Positions 48,540 through 60,093 of a stretch of DNA of 64,000 nucleotides are shown here, piece by piece. Each line of letters opens with the position of its first letter. The stretch's first letter is position 1. Origin of the DNA: Vermamoeba vermiformis. Taxonomy: Eukaryota. Where the stretch lies: assembly GCA_045837725.1 (NCBI GenBank), contig JBEWZL010000003.1:248001-312000 (forward strand). The letters are read 5' to 3'. The translations under genes were made by a program, and so were the position numbers. Below the pieces are notes generated by a model. The model was not told the origin of the DNA, searched no databases, and saw nothing but the letters and a program-made list of their open reading frames with translations.

Positions 48540-50167
48540 CTACCAGTGTACTTGTATATCAGTGTCGTTTGGAGAGGCGTGCAGGAAGTTTGGCTCTTGC
48601 TCACATCTGCCACACAAATTACCATAACAGCGCCATCTCCAGTTGTTTCCGTTCCACGATCGAAAGACACCCGTAGAATTGGTGTAACGACCGCTCAACA
48701 GAGTGATGCGCTTGCCTTTGATCACTTGACTGTAGTCGAGTTTGAACAGCGCCGCAGGTCCGTGCGCAGGTGGTCCTTGTTGCTGGGCGGGCTGATTTGG
48801 CGCAGCTTGTTGTTGTGGCAAGGGCTGGGGCTGCGGTTGGAGAGCTGCAAGAGCAGGGCCTGCTGCTTGGGGCAATGTTTGAATGACGCGTGCAGGGATC
48901 GGAACAACAGCTGGAACGGGGACAGGTTCTGCGTTCGGCACTTCAATCACGGTGGTACTGACAGGCAAGGCGTGCTTGTAGTCCGGATTAGTTGCGCAGG
49001 AGTGGCACGGATCACGTTCACAGCGAGTGCGATAGTTCGATCCATTCGGGGAAATGAAGCGGTGAATGTGGCCCTCGAACTTGCCAGAGCAAATGCGCAG
49101 CTCACGGTTTTTGAGAGCTGATTGATAGTTCGGGTAGCGAGTAATCTCACCTCGGAAGATGCTCAGAGCTGGCACTTGTGGAGGAGCAGAGGGCGCTTGC
49201 TCAACGACCTGTTGCTGCTGTTGAGGGGCTGGTGCGGGGTTGTTTGGAGCGCGGACCGATGCACTAGGGATCAGAGCAATAGTTTGTCTTCGTCCACTAG
49301 TGATGTTAACAGCAGGTTGAGCGGACACAGGCTGAGGAGGCTGGCTGGCAACAACAGGCTTGTGCAGTGAGGTCTCTTCATCAGCCTCGTCATCTTCAAA
49401 CGGCTTCATCTCTTCGTCATCAGAGTCGCCATCTTCGTCGGGCAGAAGATTGTTGTTGCTTCCCTGAGAGCTACAAGAAGAGGAAGAAGACTTTTCTTCG
49501 TCACTCTCACTCGCGTCCAGTTGAGGATCGCTTGCATCCAGGAACGAAGGAGGAGGGACGGATCGGTTGGTATTGGAGGGGTTCTAATAAATATGATTAG
49601 CTCCGGTACTGCATTATTAATGTAAATTGTTACTTACGGTTGTAGCTGGTTTCAACGTAACATTGGAAACCAGATGGGTCGGAAGTTGAATTTGGACCGC
49701 TTCGGCGAGGGCAATCACCCTTTTCTGCAAGTCTAGAACAACATCATGACTTGGAGCCACCGCAGTTATCACAGCTTGTTGGCGAATCCATGCGCAGAAC
49801 GCTAAGGTTCGATGAACAACATTGCTAAGGAAGCCGATTTCCACAATGTTTTTGTGAACTATGCGGTTTCGCAAGTCACGAAAGCATTGCATCGTCTCTG
49901 CCAAGTCGGTACTTCCAGTCTTTTTCAGGTAGGTCTTGAACAGTTGGTGGAGCTTGGCTGGATCTGACGCCAATTTGTCGAGGACAGGCACCAATGACCG
50001 GCGGGCAAAATCGACGAGGGGTTGAATGAGGCCTCCTTCTCCATATATGGGCATAAGATGTTTGCGTAGGACATCATTGTAGTTGGGGATCAAAGCAGAG
50101 GAAGAGCGAGATTACGTTGAGAGTTGTTGGATCTGGAGCGCTTGTTAAACTTTTTGTTGTGTTCCAT
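48540..50167 (-). CDS. Hypothetical protein: helical HEPN-like (RxxxxH) domain, acidic/PQ linker and two KOW-like beta-barrel/CCCH repeats; 2 exons, apparent frameshift near 50112
   Basis: Exon 1 contains LAETMQCFRDLRNRIVHKN in a helical context. The intron at 49584-49637 joins in frame to ORF 48540-49409, which carries two ~60 aa repeats. Confidence 0.65.
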
Positions 50168-50707
50168 GGCGGGTAGTCTTGAACGATAAAAGTTGTTTTG
50201 TTGAGCGTTGTGTAGTTTTGTTTGGTGTTAATGAAAGAAATGACCGAAAGTTTTGACCTTAAATAATTGGCCAGTCAAACTTCGGTCAACAAGAATAGCG
50301 CTAAAGAATTGATTTTTTCAGGTCAAATTTTCGGGCCTAGGCTTCGCCACAAGTTATAAGGATTGCGCGGGCCATATAAAATGAGGGAATACCACATTAG
50401 AATCTAATATGTTGAGTGATTTGCTTAAGGCGCCGATTTGATCCGGATCGCAATTAATTTAAAGCCAAAAATTAGTTATTAGTTCCCTGGTGTTCTTGGG
50501 AAGACATATTTTTAAATTATGAAATTGCAAATTATAGGCATTCGGCAAGTAAATAAAAACGTGAGCCTTCTAATTAATTTTACGTAGCAATAAATTTCAA
50601 TTCTTTTTCAAGGTCAAAATTTTATAAATAAGGACTTACTGTTGCAACTTCTTGTAATTGCTATGAAATTTATAGATATATTCACAAATAAATATGGCTG
50701 GTTTTTT

Positions 50708-53700
50708 TTAGTCGTCTTCAATCGCTTCGTCTTTCGCGACCAAGATCTCCATGTTCAATTGCTTTTCCAACTCGCGCATTTCTTCGACGTATAAATAGCT
50801 TGGTTTGCTGCTGAATTGCAATAGCAGACTTGGTTTCATGCCTGGATGCATGTACGCGTTTCTGACACCCTCGATCTGATGGTGGTCCAAGATCATCTCT
50901 TCAGTCACGTGACCAACATTGAACAGCTCGAAGTTCTTGTGTTGCAAGCGCAATAACTTCATAGAAACAGCGGCGATAATAGTCGCCCAGGCCATGATAA
51001 ATGTCAACGCGGCACACGGTACCGAGCCCTTGGACAAGAAGAAGAACATCATCGTGAGCTGGAACAACACGAGGGACGCGAAGAGCGAGTTGATGACACT
51101 CGTGATGATGTTGCCGGGCTTGCGGTTGTCAGTCGGGTGCACCAAGACCATGTTCGACTTGTCAATGAACAACTTGACACCCAGATAGAACGTGGTGACA
51201 GGCAGAATGATTGGCACGACCAAGCCATAAGCAATGCCGATAGTAAAGGCCAGCATCACAATGCCGAATTGCACGCTCGTTTGGAAGTACTGCAAGCGAG
51301 TCTTGATTGGTCGTTGTGTTTGCATCATGTACTTTCGGAGCTTCTTGAAGCCAAAGCGGATCAAGTTGCCAATTTGGGCCAAGTCCGCCAAACAAGTCGT
51401 GACAGTATCTTTGATCAGATAGGCCACCAGAATAGCAGTGACACGGATGTAGTTAATGTTCTCGAAGACCAAGAACAGATCGAAGAAATGGTTCGTCTTG
51501 AGCTTCGTTGTGACGGTTGAAAGCAAGCCAAAACCAGTGTCGAGCAGCGTCTTGAAGATCAACAAGTTGAGCAGCACGAAGAAGAGGTACTTTTGGTACG
51601 TGCTTCGCTCCAATTTGCCCAATGAATGAGGCTTCTCCAACTTGGCAATGGCACGCATTAGTGCTGGCAAGATCAGGTAGAACACGACGATCAACAACAA
51701 GGGCAACATGGACTCGAGGAAGATCAAGACAGGATTGGGCAAGCCTAACATCCAGTTGAGTGAAGGATAGTTCTTGGCAAAGGTTCTGATGTTGCCAAAG
51801 TAGATCAAAGGCAAAGTCCACAAGAACGAGATTATGACCACGAGCAAGTTGGCAATGACTTTGAGAACCAAGCGCACGGGTTGTGAAGTGTTCAAATTAG
51901 CCCACAACAAGCCCTCGGGAGGAGCAATAGCGGGCTTAACGACCCATTGTTGAGGCTTCAACTGTTGGAGAATTGACACGTCACCAATCTCGTCAGCAGG
52001 GTTGTAGTGACCCAACGCGTTCTTCTCGGGAGCTTCAATGTCACCACTGGTAGAAATTAAGGGCGACAGTGTGCCCTTGGCTGGACTTGGTGGCACGCTG
52101 TTACCGCCGCTGCCTTCTTTGTTGCGCTGAGATTGACGACGTTCAGCCATGCGCTGAGCTTTGACCATACGACCACCAAAGAAGCCAGCAAAGTCATCGT
52201 CTTCGGGCAGCTCGTCGCCAATACTTCCGTCCAATGCCACGTGCTCGTTGTCATCACCGTGCATGTGCTGACTTGAGGTCAATTTGCCATCAGCCATTTG
52301 TCTTAGGAACTGTTCTCGGCGACGAGGCTCGTTGAACTCACGCACCCACTGCTCAGCATCAATAGCGGCAATGAAAGTAACGTGAACTGAGTGAATAGTA
52401 GAGGTATCTTCGATCAGCTTGAGCTCTTGTTGAATGCCTTCTAAGCGACGAGTAGCCTTCAAATAACGATCGCGCCAGTAAGCCGGATCGTCCCAGTGGC
52501 CCATAGCTCGAGGCCACAGCATGCATCGAACAGCACGCAGCCACGAAGAGGTTGTCTGAAACTCGGTCAGCATCCGTTATCGACCGCGTGTAACCAAGCA
52601 ATGAGACTTACATGAACTTTACCAAACTCTTCAGCTTTTTCCAAACCGTTCAGTGCTCGTCTACGCTCCTTAATAGCGGCAATAATTTTGTTCGAGCGAA
52701 CTGCGGGATGTACACCCAAGATCTGAGCAAAAAATTAGTACTTGCGGTTGGAGTCTCTAAAAATAAAGAACGGGCACGTCGGGTAATTAGAGAAAGAACA
52801 GGACACAGAGATCCGGCAAAAAGCAAAAAAATTAGTGGGGCGCTGCCCGGAATCGAACCGGGGCCTCTTGCACCCTAAGCAAGAATTTTACCACTTAACT
52901 ACAGCGCCTTTGGTTGAGCGCCGATTTCGCAAATTTCGCCTCCCGTCCGTCACCCAGGACAAAAACGACCTACAACAAACTGTTACTTACGCGCTTGGGG
53001 AACAACCGATTGAAAAACGATGCCACGAGTTGCTTGTTGGCGGTTCGTGGCAAGTTTGTAATGTAAACCGTTCGTTGTTGCGCCAAGGGCTGCTCTTGTC
53101 GATATTTGTAACGCGCCTTAATTATAGCATCTTAGCGTTAATTCATCGTGCACTGATTCGCGTAAATGCAATTAGTTTGGTACTTACGTCCAAAAAGAAG
53201 TTCTGGAACCTGCTGAATACAAACAAGCCAGTCGCGGTGAATACGAACGTCAGCGCCAAATGGACCCATAACATGCCTGATTTGGCAGGAATAGTAGAGG
53301 CCGTAGTATATACAAAGTTTTGGTTGAAGCGATCCGGATCTGTGTTTTTTCAATTAGTCTAAAAATTCGTATCTTCAATAATACGCTACTTCTATTGCAC
53401 ATTAAAACCGTACTTGCACGATAATAATTTGCAAAAATTAAATAACTAGCTTTAATTACGTACCGATATCAGTTTTGCCTTTTTGCGTCAAGTGGATCGG
53501 CAGTAAAACGAGCATGCTGACAACGGAGCAAAAGCTCAAGTATATTAATAAATGTCGTAGAAGCTTGAGATACAAGTATCTGTATAATACTAGGGTAAGT
53601 TACCGTGACACGTTAATTCACAATTAATTTTTTTGATCTATCGTAATCACGCACCCATTCAAGCCTGCTATCTTCCTAAATTCATTATCTTCCATAAACA

Positions 53701-54074
53701 TAACGCGACTGTGCAAATTAAATATTAGTGAGCTGTAATTATCCGATCTATTTCGTGCATTTTAGCAAAATAACGTCTTTTATTATTACTTACGTTATCC
53801 AACCAACATAAAATGTCTTGGCGAATTTTTCTGCATTTTCGCTAGCGAAAGAAATTAATTAATAATTATTTAATAATAGCCGTTAGAAAATCCGCGGGTA
53901 AAGCTGGTTAACTTACAGTTGCCGAGGCCAATATATATTTGGAAAGCCCGGTCTGAATATGATGAATGTAATCAAAAAAGCAAAGGCAATTATCGCAAAT
54001 ACAGCAAGGATCTGAGGCAAACCTCCAGATGCCAAAGCTGCAGCGAGTTCACTTAAAAAGTCTGAAAAAGCCAT
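50708..54074 (-). CDS. OSCA/TMEM63 (CSC1-like) mechanosensitive/osmosensitive cation channel; multi-exon
   Basis: N-terminal TM plus IFRPGFPNIYWPR; cytosolic linker; APPEGLLWANL followed by the 7TM region (LPLLLIVVFYLILPALM..LEKPHSLGKLERS..KYLFFVLLN..IGIAYGLVVPIILP..KLFIDKSNMVLV). Confidence 0.88.
52838..52908 (-). tRNA. tRNA-Pro(AGG), inside an intron of the OSCA gene
   Basis: GGCGCTG/CAGCGCC acceptor stem, anticodon arm CTTGC-TTAGGGT-GCAAG, T-arm CCCGG-TTCGATT-CCGGG, followed by a T7 terminator. Confidence 0.96.
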
Positions 54075-54374
54075 GAAGTATTATGTACAAATATAATTAA
54101 AATGACATTTTAAGCGAAATTGCCTTGTGTTGTGTTGCAGAGTTAGTTTTCAGATAAAAATAACGGATCGGAAAATTGTCTACAACAGAGAACGGCAGCC
54201 CACAAACTCCAAATAAAGACAAGGTGCTCTTCAGAAAACAAGTTTACAAGGGCAATGCGTCTAGTCGAGTGCTTTAAAATAAATAACAATGAGCGACCCA
54301 GGATTTGGATCGCACACGGAAACACCAGAACAAGAGCAGGGGAGGGGGGGGGAGGGGAGCCAAGGGAAGTACTC

Positions 54375-56891
54375 ACCGTATCGGAGTAGATCAATTTCGG
54401 ATCCGTGTTGCGAGTGCCGTGGAACAACTGTTACTCGGTGATGTTGCCAGTGGTCTTGCGCAGTTTTTGAACGCGTCCTAATTCTGCCCCAAGTAGTCTT
54501 CCCAAATGACTTTGTTCTGAACACGTTCCACCTTGACGATTTGAGCATTTGGCATGGTAGTTTTGAACGCACTAGACACGCTTGCCCACTCTTGGGACTG
54601 CGCGTCAACACAAACAACGGCATTCTGGTTGGTCCCAAGTCAGGAATTCACGATTTGCATTGTTGCATCAATGGACGCGATGAAACCCAAGAAGTGTGAA
54701 GCTAACAGAGTTAAAGATGCATCTGCGCATCAATCAATCGTCAGAGTAAGAATATTAGCGGCGAGGAGGATCAAGTTTGACCCACTTTTCGACAGGCAAA
54801 AGATTAAACGCAACACTTCGCTCCCAATTAGTTGCCAAGTTGCGTTGCTTCATAGTTTGGAAGTCTACTTCGTAATTAGAGCCATTCTTCACTTGATTAA
54901 GGTCACCAACCACTTTGACCGAGGGTTGTTTAGTATGGAATGCCAACTCAATCTGGTTATTCTGATCGGGATCGTAAGCATGTAGACGGTTACCTCTGCC
55001 AAACCACGAGTTGCTTCAGAGTTTTGTTTGGGTGCAACTTTTCAAACTGCACACGAAGTTCCTCTATCATGTCGCATTATATCGACAAATACAACTTTTC
55101 AGGCAAGTGTGCCGTGTGTGATGATTGAAATTTTGGCAATAATTTCTGCTGCTTGCTTCTTCGGGTAACTGAAGATGCCGGTGGAGATGGACGGCATACA
55201 ACTTTGATAATTTTGTTTCTCTCGGCCTGATGACACTGAGGAATAGCGAACAACGAATGACATATGCAAAGGATGAAGAAAGATCACCGGCACTAGTAGT
55301 CATTGCCTAAACCGAGTTAACGCGGGCTCTTTACGACAGGATTTCTGGCCAGAATACTTACGGATCCAACATCAGAACTGAAAAGATATTCCGACTCGAA
55401 GAACGTAATCAAAAAAATACCGGCGTGAAGATGTGCCACGCTTCAGGTCACAGCACCATGACCAGATGAATTGATCCTCGCTCATAGCTCGCCGGTTTCG
55501 TGCTAGTAGCTCTTAAAATGACGTTATACTTCCGTAACAGGTTATCGGTGAAATCGGTTGCAAGCACAGATCGCCAGGCATACGTTTAGTAAAGTATCAA
55601 ATCTTTTCGATAGTGGCTAGCAACTCCTCGAGGAAATTAGCCAAAACTGCCGAAAATATCAGAGCAGAGATGCCGAAAAAAACGCGAGTCAAATTAGGTA
55701 AAATCGCTTTGCTATATAGGCCATCACTTACTGCAAGAAGGCTTGTCCAAGTTGAGAAGAACGAAATGGGAGAGGACGAGGCCAAACACTAACCCCTCAT
55801 GAGATGCACCTCGAGAAGTACTGCAAGACTGAGCGAGCCAAACGCGAGAGGCAAGAGAGTTTCGAATATTAAATGCGGAGCCGGCAATCTGAACTGTTAT
55901 TCGATTGGGTTAGACTCTAGTCTGCAAAGAACATCAGCTTACCATTTGTTGCCACGAAAGATTTTTCTGCGTACTCTTTGATGTAGTTGATAGCTTTGCT
56001 GGTGTTGCGTGCCATGCCAGTAATATGGCACTGATTCATTACTTTCTTGGGCGCATCAGAGAACGCGTCTGAGCTGGCAGTACTACACGCGTCACTCGCG
56101 TCGCTGTCAAACCGACAAAGAGAGAGCAGATGTCGAGTTGTTTTTTTTTGCTGGAGGGGGAGAGCGGCTTGGTGTTTTTTATGCATTAATTGGGGGAATG
56201 GTGGTTATCCAGTTGGAGGAGTAGAGGGGGAGGTATGATTGGGGGAAGGAGGTGCCGGTTTTGAGTGAGGGGGGGAGGCGGGGGAAGTTGGAAAGAGTGA
56301 GTTAGAGGGGGGATAAGGGAGGGTGGGGAGTGAGGGGAAGGGCGAAGGGATAAAGGGAGGAAGTTGGAGAGGATGGGGGATAGAGAGGTGAAGAGAGAGG
56401 GATGTAAGTAAAAAATGATTTGTATGGATCTTGAAGGGTTACAAATTTAGAAGAGAATGATGGGTTTTAGAATTTATTGATAGAAACTTATAGTTTGGGA
56501 GTCCCGGTAAAAGTGTAGAGGGAGGAGAAATGTGGGGGAGGGGCGAAGAGAACGGGTTGCTACTAGTGGGGAGTGAAAAAAGAAAGGGGGCTACTAGTGA
56601 GACAGGATTAGGCAGGCTGGGTAGTTTGTTGAGGGGGGGGGGGTAGGGGAGGGAGAAGGTAGGGTGGGGGAGGTGGAGCTCAGCTAGAGGAGGTGGTTGC
56701 GGACGGGCTGGCTCCCAGGGTAGAGAGGGGCCGGGCTGAGGAAGGTTGGGCTATGGTGTAAAGGAATTAAGAAGCTGGGAGAAGAATTTTTTGTTGGATT
56801 TCTGACGATAAATTCAGAATATGACATCAGATATTAATCTCGCGGACAACTGACACTTTAACTTACTTACCTTCTTTTGACTCACCCTCAT
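54375..56891 (-). pseudogene. Macrodomain-WWE-PARP (PARP14/15-like) gene, heavily frameshifted and truncated; pseudogene or low-quality assembly
   Basis: Macrodomain fragment MPSISTGIFSYPKKQAAEII; WWE-like YEVDFQTMKQRNLATNWERSV; PARP N-part EWASVSSAFKTTMPNAQIVKVERVQNKVIWEDY and LFHGTRNTDPKLIYSD. These lie in different frames with stops. A putative first exon MRVSQKK|GTAAGT starts at 56891. Confidence 0.7.
56150..56760. repeat. Strongly purine-biased (G/A-rich on +) low-complexity tract
   Basis: Many G4-G11 runs with few pyrimidines; no periodic unit and no sustained ORF. Confidence 0.7.
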
Positions 56892-57089
56892 TGTTGATTA
56901 TATTTTTTTTAGGTTGATTTTCGGCCTCGGATTAATTTGACGCGAAGCGAAAAATTGAATTCGTATTCTTTTATAAACCAGGTAAACGGCACAAAGCCAA
57001 GTTTCTGTTTATTGGAGTTAGTGCGCTTCAAGTTTTGTCGGTACGACTTACATTCGTTGGTTCTTTTAATATATCATACACTACTAAAT

Positions 57090-58918
57090 CTAATGTGCGC
57101 TATGAGTAGACGATGTGGTACCGATGTTGGACAGGTGCTTTTCAGTGGTGCCCGATGATCCACTCTTCCTCGACGATTCAAAGGCCAGAATATTCACCAT
57201 TGATGTAGCGTTGAGGAGTGCGAATAGAATGAACCACATAGTAACCCAGCCTATGATAGCGGAGTTAGATTATGGTTATTATCGAAGAATATAAGTGACT
57301 CACCAGCTGGCGATGATTCAGAGCCCATCGTAAATACAATCGTCAAAATGACGAATGAGAAGATAAGGAAGCCGTTTACTAGTACTTTGATGGTTGACTG
57401 CGAACAGATTAGACTTGTTAATGATCGAGCAGTTGTGACGTACCCTTGTCAAGTTGACCGACCGACCAAGCTTCTTGCTTAGTTGCATCCTCTTGATAAG
57501 CTTGATGGCAGTAATGTAATAGAAGACAACAATAAATAGCGCGATGACTAAGTAGACAATGGCTGGAAGATGAATAAAATTGAGTGATCGTTTAGGCCTG
57601 AAACGCGTCACCGCTACTTACATGTAATGAAGCTTGAGCCGTCCATAATATTAAGTGCGAAGACTATGATTCGAACTATTTGCAGGGCTAAAATGAAACC
57701 TGAAACGACGTAGAACGGAATTCTCATTTTGTCGATGAACGGGTGCACGATGACCGCCTCTCTCGTCATCATTTCGTGCCAAAACAAGATGAACAATAGA
57801 AGTGATGAGAGTACGAAGGGGAAGCTGAGCTCGCCTAGAGCAGTTGTAAGCCAATAAGGGTAAAGTCGGTTATTGCCGAACATATCCAACGACGCCACAA
57901 TTCGTACTGTAAAGCGGATCCAAGTCAGTCTTATTTTGAACCAAAGAATGGAATATTCAACACGTACTAACGTTAGAAAAGATTTCCAGTGGCAATACGA
58001 AGAAAACAATTGCTTGTTTGCAACCGCCATAAGCCCGAAAAAACTGAACGATTTTGATGATGGCCAGAACGATGTTGACGACTGAGAAAGCAACCATAAA
58101 AGCTACATATATTATGGATTAGTACGATTCAATATTAAAACAGTATTGTAACAAATTACCGATCCAGACAAATTGCCAGGGCGAAGACATTACAACGTAC
58201 CAGGGGTTTTCGGCAGCTAAACGACATTAGTCAACGTAACGTATGTTATACTTACAATCTGGTAAAATAGTGGCGGTAGCAATAGAATCGTTTTTGTAGA
58301 GCTGCCAAAGCAAATCTCGCTGCTTCGATCCGCCAACTTCGGTGATTGGAATCGTGATTTGACGAGCAATGTTTGGGTCGTTAACATGGTACCCTAGGTA
58401 GCCTCCGACACCTGAAATGGAATTAGATTCTGTCCGTAAAATAAGAGTCACGAAATCCAACAGGATCATGTGAACTCTAACTGAACAAATCATAAAAATT
58501 ATACCAAAACGCGGACTTACTTATTTTCCACGTAGTAATTGCGCCAATACTGCCTGCTTTTTGAGCCGCGAGAATGACTGTTTCCAGTGCGTTGTCGTCT
58601 GTCCAAAGCAGAAACTTCCCTTCCATTGCTGAATTAGCCATTTCGGCAGTAACTGGTTCAGTGAGTGGCTCGGTAGTACTTCCTAAAGAAAATAAATAGT
58701 AAATTAGTCCTCGATACATTACTCAATCGTTGCAAAATGACGAATCCCGAATCTTGATCCAACTCGGCCTACATACCTGGATAAAATATTTGATAGCTCT
58801 CCATTTCAATTTGACTACCATCGCGTAGCGTTAGTATGACGTTCGCTCGTGCCTGACAAACCAACAGAAAAAGTACTGTCGCTGCTGTTGTCAACATTTT
58901 CGCCGATCCAATGCCCAT
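57090..58918 (-). CDS. Membrane protein: signal peptide + PA (protease-associated)-like domain + about 7 TM helices (GPCR-like); multi-exon
   Basis: Signal peptide ..TAATVLFLLVCQARA; PA-like EGKFLLW..ILAAQKAGSIGAI..ITIPITEV; AENPW; then hydrophobic helices including LSFPFVLSSLLLFILFWHEMM; S/T-rich tail. Confidence 0.7.
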
Positions 58919-59120
58919 CGTGTTATTTTCTCTTGGCTTAGTGTTGCGGTGTTACAATAAATAGCCGATAAATCAGAGAATCGTTGTGCTTCCAGTGCGT
59001 ATGTTGGTTATATTAGAGTGATTCTGTTGTTTGGGTACGTTGTGAACCTGCTGTGTGATGGGATTTTGGGTTCAAAAGTTGCGTAATTTAATTTGCAATT
59101 TGAGCTGTGCTTCATTTATA

Positions 59121-59962
59121 CTACCAGCTATAACAATCATAGGCTTGATATTTTTTCAAATAAGCCTTCTTGGAGAACTTGTCGGACCAAAAGCCATTCG
59201 GTAACTTTCGAACGAAGTAAGTTTGGACCACGAAGCCGTCTGTAACAACTAATCGTCCGCCTTGGTTGCCAACAACTGCATTTAAATTCACCCATGATTC
59301 CTTCTCGTAGCCTTGACAGTTGCGGCATTGAGCACGTAAGATCGGTTTATCTTCTGAAGACAAATCCAGCTCAATATCGGAGGAAGAATGCGAGAAATTG
59401 TGGCCAGGTGTGAGCACGCCATCAGTATTGCGTAGTACACGATCCAAGTCGACGCTTGAAGTGTGGTACTGGCCGGATTTGTCGCGACAATCAGCAGTTA
59501 GAATATTATCTTGTAATCGTAGGTTTTTGCAAGTTAAGCTAAAATTAATATTCAATAACCCATAGCTTTGCCATAATTCGGGTGAACTGATCCACGCGTG
59601 ATGCCTAAAAATTAGAATTAATTTCTTTCGAATAAATTACAAAAGAAATAACGTAATAGCAAATTGTTTGGATTGACTTACCGTTTTGAAATCTGCGAAA
59701 GTGCAATTAATGTATCAATATCTTTAAATAGGCAGGAGGCAATATGGAAGAATAGCTCTTTCAATCCGAAAACAGCTGAAGTAAGAGCAGGATCCAATGG
59801 CTCCAATTGCTTAGTCTCTTGCTGCGATTTTTTCGTATTATGACGCTGCATTTTAGTGTTTACCTCATTAACCACTTTGTTCTTTTTGGGTTGTGGTGCT
59901 TTAGGTAAATTGTCAGTTTCGGATGCCTTTCGTTTGGCCGCAAGTCTGGTCTTGGGAGGCAT
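59121..59962 (-). CDS. F-box + CVNH (cyanovirin-N homology) lectin protein, 2 exons
   Basis: Basic N-terminus; F-box-like VFGLKELFFHIASCLFKDIDTLIALSQISKR|HHAWISSPELWQ spliced in frame to the two-repeat CVNH NFSLTCKNLRL..LTADCRDKSG..SSVDLDRVLRNTDGVL / NFSHSSSDIEL..LRAQCRNCQG..SWVNLNAVVGNQGGRL. Confidence 0.82.
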
Positions 59963-60093
59963 TGTGGATAGTTAAAAGAATTACATAATCTCCTACGAAG
60001 CATTAGAAGAAAAAAATTGCTAACAGATGCCACTGTGATTCTCTGTAGATCTTGTAAGAAATCTCGATTGAACAAACTTAGTTAAATCCGCGT

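Noticed and set aside
48531..49600. Plus-strand ORFs (196, 82 and 77 aa), and similar antisense ORFs at 4849-5556, 15094-15540 and 50919-51520
   Set aside because: Shadow frames of real opposite-strand exons with no independent motifs.
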